Shown here in pieces: positions 9,410-17,256 of a stretch of 32,000 nucleotides of DNA. The notes under the pieces are model-generated. The model saw nothing but the letters and a program-made list of their open reading frames with translations, was not told the DNA's origin and searched no databases. The translations under genes were made by a program, and so were the position numbers. The stretch is from an uncultured archaeon (GTDB taxonomy: Archaea > Iainarchaeota > Iainarchaeia > Iainarchaeales > Iainarchaeaceae), in the NCBI GenBank assembly GCA_964577555.1, contig CAZNZM010000007.1, forward strand, positions 25,586-57,585. The letters are read 5' to 3'. Positions within the stretch are counted from its first letter, which is position 1, and each line of letters opens with the position of its first letter.

Positions 9410-9724
9410 ATGAGTGAAAAAAATCCTATTGCAATACTTAAAGCTCTTTCTGACGAAACAAGGCTGAAAATACTTGAACTGCTTTTAGACGGGGAAAGAT
9501 GCGTCTGCGAGATTTTCCCAAAAGTAAAGAGAACGCAGTCAACTGTTTCAACCCAGTTAGGCACGCTTGAAAAAGCAGGCTTAATTGAATCACGAAGGCA
9601 GGGCAAAAAGGTTTTTTATAAAATCAAGAACCTGGTTGTTTACGATGTTTTCAAGGCTTTGGGTTATTCAAAAGGGATTTTGCTGAAAGAAACCCGTTGC
9701 ATGCAAGAGATGCATAAAAAATGA
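9410..9724 (+). CDS. ArsR-family winged-HTH transcriptional regulator
   Basis: 104 aa; ALSDETRLKILELL, ERCVCEIFPKVKRTQSTVSTQLGTLEKAGLIESRRQGKKVFY. Confidence 0.94.
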   Translation: MSEKNPIAILKALSDETRLKILELLLDGERCVCEIFPKVKRTQSTVSTQLGTLEKAGLIESRRQGKKVFYKIKNLVVYDVFKALGYSKGILLKETRCMQEMHKK

Positions 9725-10035
9725 AAATCTTTGATTTGAAAGAAAAAATTGTTTTTTTTCCGGAAAAGCCGATAAAAAGGCATTTTTTGAATGCCAAAGG
9801 CTTTCACGCGGCGATAATCTGCCTCAAAAAATGCATTGAACTAAAGCCACATCAAGAAGACTACGGAGTGATCTTAACATTCCTTGAAGGCAAAGGCACT
9901 TTCACAGACAGCAACTGCTCACCCCCCTTGACAAAAAACCAGGGCATTTACATAAAAAAAGATGAAATAAGAGGCATAAAACCAGAAAAAGACTTAGTAG
10001 TGCTTGGAATCCAAGACATGAGAAAGGTGTTGTAA
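9721..10035 (+). CDS. Conserved-looking small protein, possibly cupin-like
   Basis: 104 aa, 4-nt overlap with arsR-like gene and directly abutting the next gene; no firm family call. Confidence 0.5.
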   Translation: MKIFDLKEKIVFFPEKPIKRHFLNAKGFHAAIICLKKCIELKPHQEDYGVILTFLEGKGTFTDSNCSPPLTKNQGIYIKKDEIRGIKPEKDLVVLGIQDMRKVL

Positions 10036-10248
10036 TTGAAAGTCGTTGTCTACACTTATCCAACATGCACTTATTACCATATAGTGGAAACAAAAAACAT
10101 GAAAGCCAAAGAAGAAGTCTTCAAAAAAACAGGCTACCCCACAGTTCCGATAACTCTTGTCGACAAAGAATACGTTTTTAGGCTGGGACAAGGAAAAAAT
10201 GAAAAAACTCTTATGGTTGTGAAAAAATGGAAATACTTTCAACAATAA
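10036..10248 (+). CDS. Short glutaredoxin/thioredoxin-fold protein
   Basis: 70 aa; VVYTYPTCTYYH at the active-site position, KKTGYPTVPITLVDKEYV (cis-Pro region). Confidence 0.65.
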   Translation: MKVVVYTYPTCTYYHIVETKNMKAKEEVFKKTGYPTVPITLVDKEYVFRLGQGKNEKTLMVVKKWKYFQQ

Positions 10249-11426
10249 AAGAGTTCACAAAATCAAAATTCAATTTAGGCCTATTAATACTCCTGTTTTT
10301 GATTGGAATAATACTTCTTACACAGCCAGAAACGCAAGCACAGGACACCCAAGGAATGACAGTAAACTACTTTTACCTGACAACCTGCCCGCACTGCGCA
10401 GAACAAAAACCAATTATCTTGGAACTACAACAAGAAATGCCTGAAATCAACTTTGTTTTCCAAGATGCTTCTTCAACAAAAGGCTCTACATTGTTTTACC
10501 GAATGGCTTCAGAAGCAGGCATGGACACTTCAAGGCTTAGAACGCCAACAACCTTTGTGGGAAAAAAGCCGCTGGTTGGAGTGCACAGCAAACAGGAAAT
10601 ACTAAATGCAATCAATGAGTGCATTGAACAATGCCAAAAAGGTGGACAACAACCTCATGAAACACAGGAAATCAGTTCAAGCTTCACAGCCTTTGAGTTG
10701 CCTTTCTTGGGAAGAACTGACCTCACAACATTCTCAATTCCAACACTCGCAATAGTGCTTGGCTTAATCGACGGCTTTAATCCCTGCGCAATGTGGGTAC
10801 TCGTTTATCTGATAGCCTTGCTCATAAATATTGGCAATAAGAAAAAAATCTGGGCAATAGTAGGAAGCTTTGTGTTGGCATCAGGCATACTATACTTTTT
10901 GTTCATGACAGCCTGGCTGAATGTTTTCCTCTTGCTTGGCTATCTGAAGCCAATAACAATTCTGATTGGCCTGGTTGCTTTAGGAGAGGGAATCCTAAGC
11001 TTAAAAGAATACCTTACAACAAAAGGCGCGCTAACCTGCAAAGTTGGAGACGAAAGCTCCCACAAAAAAACAATGAACAAAGTCCAGGAACTAATCTCAA
11101 AGCCATTGTCAATCACTGTTTTGTTTGGAATATTTGCACTGGCTTTTGTAGTGAACTCAGTAGAATTCGTTTGCTCTGCGGCAATTCCCGCGGTTTTCAC
11201 ACAAATTCTTGCATTAAGCGGCCTCTCAACAATAGAACACTATTGGTATATCCTGCTCTACGTTTTGTTCTTCATGCTTGACGACCTAATAATATTCGGG
11301 TTGGCTGCATTTGCAGTGAACAGCAACTTTGGAGAAAAATACGCAAAATACTGCAAAGCAATAGGAGGAATAATCCTCGTAATTTTAGGATTAGTACTGT
11401 TGTTTGCACCACATTTACTGAGATGA
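10227..11426 (+). CDS. Membrane protein: thioredoxin-like domain fused to CcdA/DsbD-like transmembrane domain
   Basis: 399 aa; TTCPHCAEQKP, then LGLIDGFNPCAMWVLVYL multi-TM domain with an internal TM-rich repeat. Confidence 0.85.
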   Translation: MEILSTIKEFTKSKFNLGLLILLFLIGIILLTQPETQAQDTQGMTVNYFYLTTCPHCAEQKPIILELQQEMPEINFVFQDASSTKGSTLFYRMASEAGMDTSRLRTPTTFVGKKPLVGVHSKQEILNAINECIEQCQKGGQQPHETQEISSSFTAFELPFLGRTDLTTFSIPTLAIVLGLIDGFNPCAMWVLVYLIALLINIGNKKKIWAIVGSFVLASGILYFLFMTAWLNVFLLLGYLKPITILIGLVALGEGILSLKEYLTTKGALTCKVGDESSHKKTMNKVQELISKPLSITVLFGIFALAFVVNSVEFVCSAAIPAVFTQILALSGLSTIEHYWYILLYVLFFMLDDLIIFGLAAFAVNSNFGEKYAKYCKAIGGIILVILGLVLLFAPHLLR

Positions 11427-11436
11427 AAGTGAAAAT

Positions 11437-12543
11437 ATGAAAGAAAAAAATACATTTATAATAATTACCGCCCTGTTCCTGGCATTTTATTTTATGCCTG
11501 TTGGAAGCCAATGGCTGGACAATGCACTGTTAAGCGGTTTTGCATTGCTGCATGAATATGCCATACAGCATGTCCTAACCTGCCTTGTTCCGGCATTCTT
11601 TATTGCAGGAGCAATTGCTGTTTTTGTGAAGAAACAGGCAGTGCTGAAATACTTAGGCGGAAAAGCAAAGCCCTACCTTTCCTATCCAATTGCTTCTGTT
11701 TCTGGAACAATTCTTGCAGTCTGCAGTTGCACAATTCTCCCTTTATTTGCAGGAATATACAAGCGAGGTGCCGGGCTTGGACCAGCAATTGCGTTCCTTT
11801 ACTCTGGACCTGCAATTAATGTCGCCGCAATCTTTCTTACTGCAAACGTTTTGGGCTTTAAAATTGGATTAGCCAGAGCTGTTGCAGCAATTTCTTTAGC
11901 AGTGCTTGTTGGCCTGACAATGGCATTCCTTTTCAGGGAAAAAAGCACAAAACAAGAAATTGCAATAGAAGAAGAAACCAAACAAAAAACTTCAAAAACC
12001 GCAATCGGATTATTTTTTGCCTCAATGGTTGGAATTCTAGTTGTGAATGGCCTGCAAATAGACGCAGTAATAAAATGGGTTGTAATGATTGCGCTTACAA
12101 TTGCAACAGCAGCAATAGCTTTCCTAAAATTCAAAACCGAAACAAGAAATGCTTGGTTATCGGAAACCTGGAGCATAAGCAAACTGCTTACCCCATACTT
12201 GTTCATTGGTGTATTCATAGTGGGATTCATTCAACCACTAATACCAGAACGACTTATAGTACAATGGGTTGGCTCAAACACAATACAAGCAAACCTCTTG
12301 GCAGCAGTGTTTGGCGCATTCATGTATTTTTCAACACTAACAGAAGTGCCAATAATGCAAGCACTAATAGCAAAAGGAATGAATCAAGGTCCAGCCCTAG
12401 CTTTGTTGCTTTCAGGCCCGTCATTAAGCCTGCCCGCAATGTTGGTTATAAGAAAAGTTTTGGGAAACAAAAAAACAATTGCTTACGTTGCAATAGTAAT
12501 AATTTATTCAGCCTTGGCAGGGCTAATATTTGGCATGATTTAA
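11437..12543 (+). CDS. UPF0718/ArsP-type permease
   Basis: 368 aa multi-TM; GTILAVCSCTILPLFAGIYKRGAGLGPAIAFLYSGPAINV, second half FSTLTEVPIMQALIAKGMNQGPALALLLSGPSLSLP. Confidence 0.88.
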   Translation: MKEKNTFIIITALFLAFYFMPVGSQWLDNALLSGFALLHEYAIQHVLTCLVPAFFIAGAIAVFVKKQAVLKYLGGKAKPYLSYPIASVSGTILAVCSCTILPLFAGIYKRGAGLGPAIAFLYSGPAINVAAIFLTANVLGFKIGLARAVAAISLAVLVGLTMAFLFREKSTKQEIAIEEETKQKTSKTAIGLFFASMVGILVVNGLQIDAVIKWVVMIALTIATAAIAFLKFKTETRNAWLSETWSISKLLTPYLFIGVFIVGFIQPLIPERLIVQWVGSNTIQANLLAAVFGAFMYFSTLTEVPIMQALIAKGMNQGPALALLLSGPSLSLPAMLVIRKVLGNKKTIAYVAIVIIYSALAGLIFGMI

Positions 12544-12553
12544 GGGGGAAAAA

Positions 12554-12784
12554 TTGATGAAAATACAAGTGTTAGGAACAGGCTGCCCAAAATGCAAACA
12601 ACTTGAAGCAAACGTAAAAAAAGCTTTGGAAGAAACTGGAAAAAAAGCAGAAATAGAAAAAGTGACAAACATAACCAAAATAATCGAGTTCGGGGCAATA
12701 GCAACTCCAACATTAGCCATTGATGGAAAAATCATTTGCAGCGGCTGCATTCCCACAACAGAAGAAATCAAGAAATGGCTATAA
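12554..12784 (+). CDS. Small redox-active disulfide (thioredoxin-like) protein
   Basis: 76 aa; MKIQVLGTGCPKCKQLEANVKKALEE, GAIATPTLAIDGKIICSG. Confidence 0.92.
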   Translation: MMKIQVLGTGCPKCKQLEANVKKALEETGKKAEIEKVTNITKIIEFGAIATPTLAIDGKIICSGCIPTTEEIKKWL

Positions 12785-12824
12785 AAACAATACTTTAAAG
12801 CAATAATCCCTACACATTACAATC

Positions 12825-12840
12825 GGCAATGATGAGGTGA
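12825..12840 (+). repeat. 16-bp direct repeat GGCAATGATGAGGTGA, candidate left attachment core
   Basis: Exact match to 23313..23328; 67 bp upstream of the recombinase start. Confidence 0.55.
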
Positions 12841-12842
12841 GT

Positions 12843-12903
12843 TACTATAGTGTCGTATGGCAATCATAGTAAGGGTTTTTAAACACTGTGCAGCACTATA
12901 GTA
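12843..12903 (+). promoter_or_regulatory. Recombinase promoter region with 10-bp inverted repeat TACTATAGTG / CACTATAGTA and TTTTTAAA TATA box
   Basis: Arms at 12843..12852 and 12894..12903; TATA-like TTTTTAAA about 26-30 bp before ATG 12907. Confidence 0.6.
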
Positions 12904-12906
12904 GCT

Positions 12907-14199
12907 ATGGAATCAAAGGATGATTACAATCTGCGGTTTACCCTGCAAAAGCTTGGCAATTCGCCAATGCTTGCCTGCAACAAAGAGAAGCTTTTGGAAT
13001 ACTATAACGAAAAAGTCGCCAACGGCATCAAAAAAACAAGTTATGCTTTTGTCTTGCGAATTTTAATAAAGCTCGGAGAGCACTTTCCTGACAAAAAGTT
13101 TGAGGATGTTTCAAAACAGGAAATGGTTTCCTTCATTAACGGCTTGAAGCCTGAAAAACATGTTTTGCCCCAAAAGCACGGCGGAGTAGTTGTTTTTGAA
13201 AAAGCTGCTTTCAGCGATAACACATTATGGCAACTCAAAGCAGCGATTAAAACATTTTACCGTTGGCTTTTTGGCGTTGGCTCTACAGACACTCCGCCGG
13301 AAGCAGTGAAATGGATTAGGAAGGAAGGCCATTCCAATGGAAAGCTTGAGGACAATTTCAAGAAAGAAATTTTGTCTATTAAAGAAGTTACTGAACTGAT
13401 TAACTGCGCCCACAATCCTCGGGATAAGGCAGTAATTGCGATTTTGTGGGAATCCGGCTTGAGGGCTTCTGAATTTTTGGGAATGAAAAAGAGCTGTTTG
13501 CAATGGCACAACCAGTATGTTGAATTTGAAGCATCCGGAAAGACTGGAAAACGGAATGTTATCCTCGTTCAATCAAAGCCTCATTTGGAAATTTGGCTTA
13601 ACGAGTTGGAGCGCAGGAAAAGCCAGTTAGCGCCTGGCCTGCAGGATTGCATTTGGATTGCTTTTAACAAGAAGGGCCTGAGAAACAACACGCTTGGCAA
13701 CAAGCTGCTTACAAGAGACAATTTGAACAACATGCTCAAAATCAATGCCAAAAGAGCAGGCATTCAAAAAAGAGTTTGGACTCATGGTTTGAGGCATTCT
13801 GCAGCTACTCGCGATGCTGCTAATGGCTGGAATGAAGCAAAGCTCCGCATCAAATACGGTTGGAGCAAAAAAAGCAATATGCCAAGCACTTATACTCACC
13901 TTGCAAACAGCGATTTGAAGGATACTATTTTGGAAGAGAATGGGATTATTGAGCACAAGCAAAACCAACAAAAATCCCTATTGGAAAATACTGTAAAGTG
14001 CTTGTTTTGCTTCACAGCCAACTTGCAGGAAAACGATTACTGCACCAAATGCGGCAGGCCATTAAAAGAAGAACAATTCAAGGCATTAGAGAAAAAAGCC
14101 GAAACAACAGAAGTACTGCAAAAAATGATACAACAAGAACTAGAAAGCAAGGGCATTGACATTGCACAAATAGCAAAAATTTTGACAATAAATGGCTGA
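12907..14199 (+). CDS. Tyrosine recombinase/integrase with C-terminal zinc-ribbon-like tail
   Basis: 430 aa; LWESGLRASEFLGM, HGLRHSAATRD, GWSKKSNMPSTYTHL; tail CLFCFTANLQENDYCTKCGRPL. Confidence 0.93.
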   Translation: MESKDDYNLRFTLQKLGNSPMLACNKEKLLEYYNEKVANGIKKTSYAFVLRILIKLGEHFPDKKFEDVSKQEMVSFINGLKPEKHVLPQKHGGVVVFEKAAFSDNTLWQLKAAIKTFYRWLFGVGSTDTPPEAVKWIRKEGHSNGKLEDNFKKEILSIKEVTELINCAHNPRDKAVIAILWESGLRASEFLGMKKSCLQWHNQYVEFEASGKTGKRNVILVQSKPHLEIWLNELERRKSQLAPGLQDCIWIAFNKKGLRNNTLGNKLLTRDNLNNMLKINAKRAGIQKRVWTHGLRHSAATRDAANGWNEAKLRIKYGWSKKSNMPSTYTHLANSDLKDTILEENGIIEHKQNQQKSLLENTVKCLFCFTANLQENDYCTKCGRPLKEEQFKALEKKAETTEVLQKMIQQELESKGIDIAQIAKILTING

Positions 14200-14208
14200 C
14201 TATCCAGG

Positions 14209-14248
14209 TTAGGCAACAAGAATTCTGCTCGTTGTTTGCCTAAATTTT
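14209..14248 (+). terminator. Stem-loop plus T-run after the recombinase gene
   Basis: TTAGGCAA (14209..14216) / TTGCCTAA (14236..14243) followed by ATTTTT. Confidence 0.5.
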
Positions 14249-14392
14249 TGTATTACAATTATATTGTTACAATAGAATTGTGATATAAAATACGGTCCTG
14301 CGTTTGTATTACAGTTTAACACTTTTTGTTAAATTATGATATAAATCACAATTCTCCTGTTTTGGGCGAATTATAATACAAATTGAATTATG

Positions 14393-14731
14393 TTATTTTT
14401 GCTGCGGATTGATTTTCAGCATTTCAAGAATCAGCTTGTCAATCGCATCTTGTTGCTCTTTTGTAATCGTCCCAATTTTGCTTTTGAATCTGCTGTCATC
14501 CATTGCAGTTATTTGGAAAACGAGTGCAATACTGTCTTTGCTCAAGCCGTTTTCCGGCCTTGGCTCAATGTGCAAGGTAAAAGAAAAAGTTGCTTTGTCT
14601 GTGCTGCCGGTAAGTGGGATAATTGTGGTTAAACCGTTAGCTCTGCAAAGAACAACTGCTGGTCTTTCTCCTTTTTGTTCATGACCTTTGCCCTCTGGCA
14701 AGTCCACAAACCAGACTTCGCCTTTCCTCAT
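14393..14731 (-). CDS. MazF/PemK-like toxin
   Basis: 112 aa; RKGEVWFVDLPEGKGHEQKGERPAVVL, TTIIPLTGS, FQITAMDDSRF. Confidence 0.88.
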   Translation of the reverse strand: MRKGEVWFVDLPEGKGHEQKGERPAVVLCRANGLTTIIPLTGSTDKATFSFTLHIEPRPENGLSKDSIALVFQITAMDDSRFKSKIGTITKEQQDAIDKLILEMLKINPQQK

Positions 14732-14737
14732 TCAAAA

Positions 14738-15283
14738 CTAGCTCCGTATTGATTTTGCTGATGCTTCCTGCCAAGGCTTCAACTCTGCTTTCAAATCTGC
14801 CAGTTCTTTTTCGCTTGGCCTGAACAAAAACTCTTTTGCTTTTGAAACACCAACAGCGATTTGTGCTTCAGAATAAAACGATTTCATTCTCTTTACATTT
14901 TTCAAAGCAGTTATTGGGTCTTGTTTTTGGCCAAATGCAAAAAAGGAATATGTTGCAGCAACTTCCAAGGCGCTGGGCTTTAACTCGGAAAACAATTCCT
15001 TAAATTCTTGAATGTCTTTTGATTCTGTGCTTGAAAGGTGTGCGGAGCTATCCAAATGCTCAATCTTTTTTCTATTTTCATAAACTTGGTCAGTCAAGTC
15101 TTTGGAATACGGCCCGCGGACATACAAATGAAAATTAAAGCCAGATTTTATGCCCTTCAAGTCCAAAAGATAAACTGCTTTTTGAATAATCAAGCGATCC
15201 TCAAAATCGTCAATCTTCGGCTTGAAACCCAACTCTTTAAAGCACGCAATAACTTTATCCAAATTCATTTTTTCACCCCACAT
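14738..15283 (-). CDS. YwgA/SocA (Panacea)-like protein, candidate antitoxin or adaptor
   Basis: 181 aa; DRLIIQKAVYLLDLKGIKSGFNFHLYVRGPYSKDLTDQVY resembles the YwgA/SocA core. Overlaps the upstream HTH gene by 19 nt; ends 6 nt before the mazF-like gene. Confidence 0.6.
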   Translation of the reverse strand: MWGEKMNLDKVIACFKELGFKPKIDDFEDRLIIQKAVYLLDLKGIKSGFNFHLYVRGPYSKDLTDQVYENRKKIEHLDSSAHLSSTESKDIQEFKELFSELKPSALEVAATYSFFAFGQKQDPITALKNVKRMKSFYSEAQIAVGVSKAKEFLFRPSEKELADLKAELKPWQEASAKSIRS

Positions 15284-15597
15284 TCAACTAATTTCTTCAA
15301 CCAATCTTTTATGTGCTCCCATGCCTGTTGACCTTCCTGAGTTATTTGGTAGGTTTCCAATTCTTTACCTTCCAAAGTAATCTTTTTTGAAGTAATATAA
15401 CTCATTTCTTTCAAGGCATTAAGATTTGTGTAAAGCGCCCCGTCACTAACTTGCAGAACCGCTTTCAATTCTCTGTAGGACACTCCATCTTGCCCAACGC
15501 TGGCGATGCTTGAAAGCAGTTGCAGCCGGATCAATGAAAAAACGCTTGAATTCAAAGCTTTTGACTCTTCAATCAAGGATAAAAAATCGCTATTCAT
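15265..15597 (-). CDS. Winged-HTH transcriptional regulator
   Basis: 110 aa; RLQLLSSIASVGQDGVSYRELKAVLQVSDGALYTNLNALKEMSYI. Confidence 0.85.
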   Translation of the reverse strand: MNSDFLSLIEESKALNSSVFSLIRLQLLSSIASVGQDGVSYRELKAVLQVSDGALYTNLNALKEMSYITSKKITLEGKELETYQITQEGQQAWEHIKDWLKKLVECGVKK

Positions 15598-15701
15598 AAC
15601 TATGCCAACTATGGTGCATTTCTATAAGAATTGAACAACCAATAAGTATAAAAGCTTTTAGTATTACTTTAATTTTAAAAGCATTTATAAAAGTTGATTT
15701 T

Positions 15702-15995
15702 ATGGTCAATCTCTACAGAAGAGGCAGGATTGCTGAAGGAAAGGTTGCAAGCGACCTTCGCTCCAAAGGCTTCAGAAACATTCGTCAAAGCGCTGGAAGC
15801 CGCGGGCCTGCTGACATTTACGCTTACAAGGGCGGTCAAAAATACTATGTTCAAGTAAAAAGCGGAACCGCAAGAATAAATTCCCAAGGCATAAACCGGC
15901 TGCGCAGACTGGCCAGAGACAGAGGCGGCACAGCAGTAGTCATTAACCGCCAAAACGCAAAAAATAAATGGCGCTTCTTTGGAAACTGGGGGTGA
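15702..15995 (+). CDS. Small PD-(D/E)XK-like nuclease (Hjc/restriction-endonuclease fold)
   Basis: 97 aa; RGRIAEGKVASDLRSKGF, GSRGPADIYAYKGGQKYYVQVKSG (GPAD...QxK). Confidence 0.75.
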   Translation: MVNLYRRGRIAEGKVASDLRSKGFRNIRQSAGSRGPADIYAYKGGQKYYVQVKSGTARINSQGINRLRRLARDRGGTAVVINRQNAKNKWRFFGNWG

Positions 15996-16000
15996 AATAA

Positions 16001-16195
16001 ATGGTTCAGAAACTGTTTGGATTGGGCCTTGGAGCAACAGGAATAGTTGGAGTTTTAATTGTAGCTGGAATACTCCTTAAAGGAGCAAATATTGCACCAA
16101 GCCAAGGCGACCTTGCAATTTCAGCAGGAATCGGTATAGGAGTAATCTTAGGCCTGCTCGGAATCTTCAGCGTGGTAAAAAGGTTGGCCTATTAG
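16001..16195 (+). CDS. Small protein with two predicted TM helices
   Basis: 64 aa; LGLGATGIVGVLIVAGILL and LAISAGIGIGVILGLLGIFSVV; 5 nt after the nuclease ORF. Confidence 0.6.
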   Translation: MVQKLFGLGLGATGIVGVLIVAGILLKGANIAPSQGDLAISAGIGIGVILGLLGIFSVVKRLAY

Positions 16196-17256
16196 ATTCT
16201 TTGTTCAAAATAAGCTTTCCAGAATTTGGCGTTTTCTATTATTCTTTTTGCTATTTTGTCTGGTTCTGAAATATGTTCTGACAAAATCCCCGTCAATTCT
16301 TTTTCTCCTATTGCAGCCAAATCAGTGGTCTTTATGCTTTGGCACGAGACCTTTTTCATAATCCCTTCAAATATCGCATCATTGTTCTTTCGCAATTTTT
16401 CCAAATCAGACTTTTTAATTAAGTAATCCTCTACCAAGAATAACAAATTTGGCAATTCTATAATGTCTTTTGTTGAGATATTCTTCTTAAGTTTTATGTA
16501 TTCTACTACCTCTTGCGGTTTCATTATATCTTCTGCTTTTAAAATATCAAGAAATGTTCTAGCCTTTGTAACTATTTTCTTATCGCAAACCATTTTTCTT
16601 AAATCCACAACTATCGCAAAATTGATAATGTATTTGTAGTCCTTTGGCAACCCCTTGAGAACATTTCTTTTGATCCAACTTTTCAAATCAAATCCGACCT
16701 GTATAAAATCAGCTTTAACAGGGGGTAGAACGTAAATTCCATAACCAAATGTTTTGAAACCTAGCGATAGCAATTTTTTCTGAATTCGTTTTTTTGGTTC
16801 ATTATATTTTTGGATTATGATTGTTGGCAAAGGCGCATCTAATTTTGCAATTAGCTCTTCTTTGGTTATATTTTCTCTTTGTAGCATTTCATTTATTTTG
16901 TCCAGAAATTTTCTCAATTCACTTTTCTCAAATGTTGCTTCAGATTTTTCTTTTTCAAGCTTTTCAGATTTTTGCAATTCTGACTCATACTTTTGTTTAT
17001 ATTCTGTGACGGCTTTCTCGTAATCAGTTTTTGCTTTGTTCCCTTGGTAGTATTGATAAACTGAAAATAGTAGGCCAGCAAATCCAACTATAAAAGTAAT
17101 AAAACTAATCGCGCCCTGATCCACGTAAAAATAAAGCACACTACCCGCAGCAAGAATTAAGAGACTTACAACAGCAAACCATCGCTTTTTAAGTTCTTGA
17201 AAAATATTCTCTAATGGCATAAATATGACAATTATCAAATTTCCAAAATTTTCCAA
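16192..17256 (-). CDS. Uncharacterised protein: two N-terminal TM segments, coiled coil, novel C-terminal region
   Basis: 354 aa; WFAVVSLLILAAGSVLYFYV, ISFITFIVGFAGLLFSVYQYY, KTDYEKAVTEYKQKYESELQKSEKLEKEKSEATFEKSELRKFLDKI; start overlaps the res-like gene by 22 nt. Confidence 0.75.
   Translation of the reverse strand: MENFGNLIIVIFMPLENIFQELKKRWFAVVSLLILAAGSVLYFYVDQGAISFITFIVGFAGLLFSVYQYYQGNKAKTDYEKAVTEYKQKYESELQKSEKLEKEKSEATFEKSELRKFLDKINEMLQRENITKEELIAKLDAPLPTIIIQKYNEPKKRIQKKLLSLGFKTFGYGIYVLPPVKADFIQVGFDLKSWIKRNVLKGLPKDYKYIINFAIVVDLRKMVCDKKIVTKARTFLDILKAEDIMKPQEVVEYIKLKKNISTKDIIELPNLLFLVEDYLIKKSDLEKLRKNNDAIFEGIMKKVSCQSIKTTDLAAIGEKELTGILSEHISEPDKIAKRIIENAKFWKAYFEQRI

Noticed and set aside
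12075-12557. 160-aa plus-strand ORF rich in Asn/Ser/Thr
   Set aside because: Alternate frame of the permease gene, which has clear membrane-domain motifs.
12825-12840. GGCAATGATGAGGTGA as a C/D-box sRNA or SD of a tiny gene
   Set aside because: It contains an RTGATGA-like box and GAGGTGA. The left copy has no properly spaced CTGA box and only a 10-codon GTG ORF downstream; the right copy has no start codon at SD spacing. The element-end explanation fits both copies better, though not proven.
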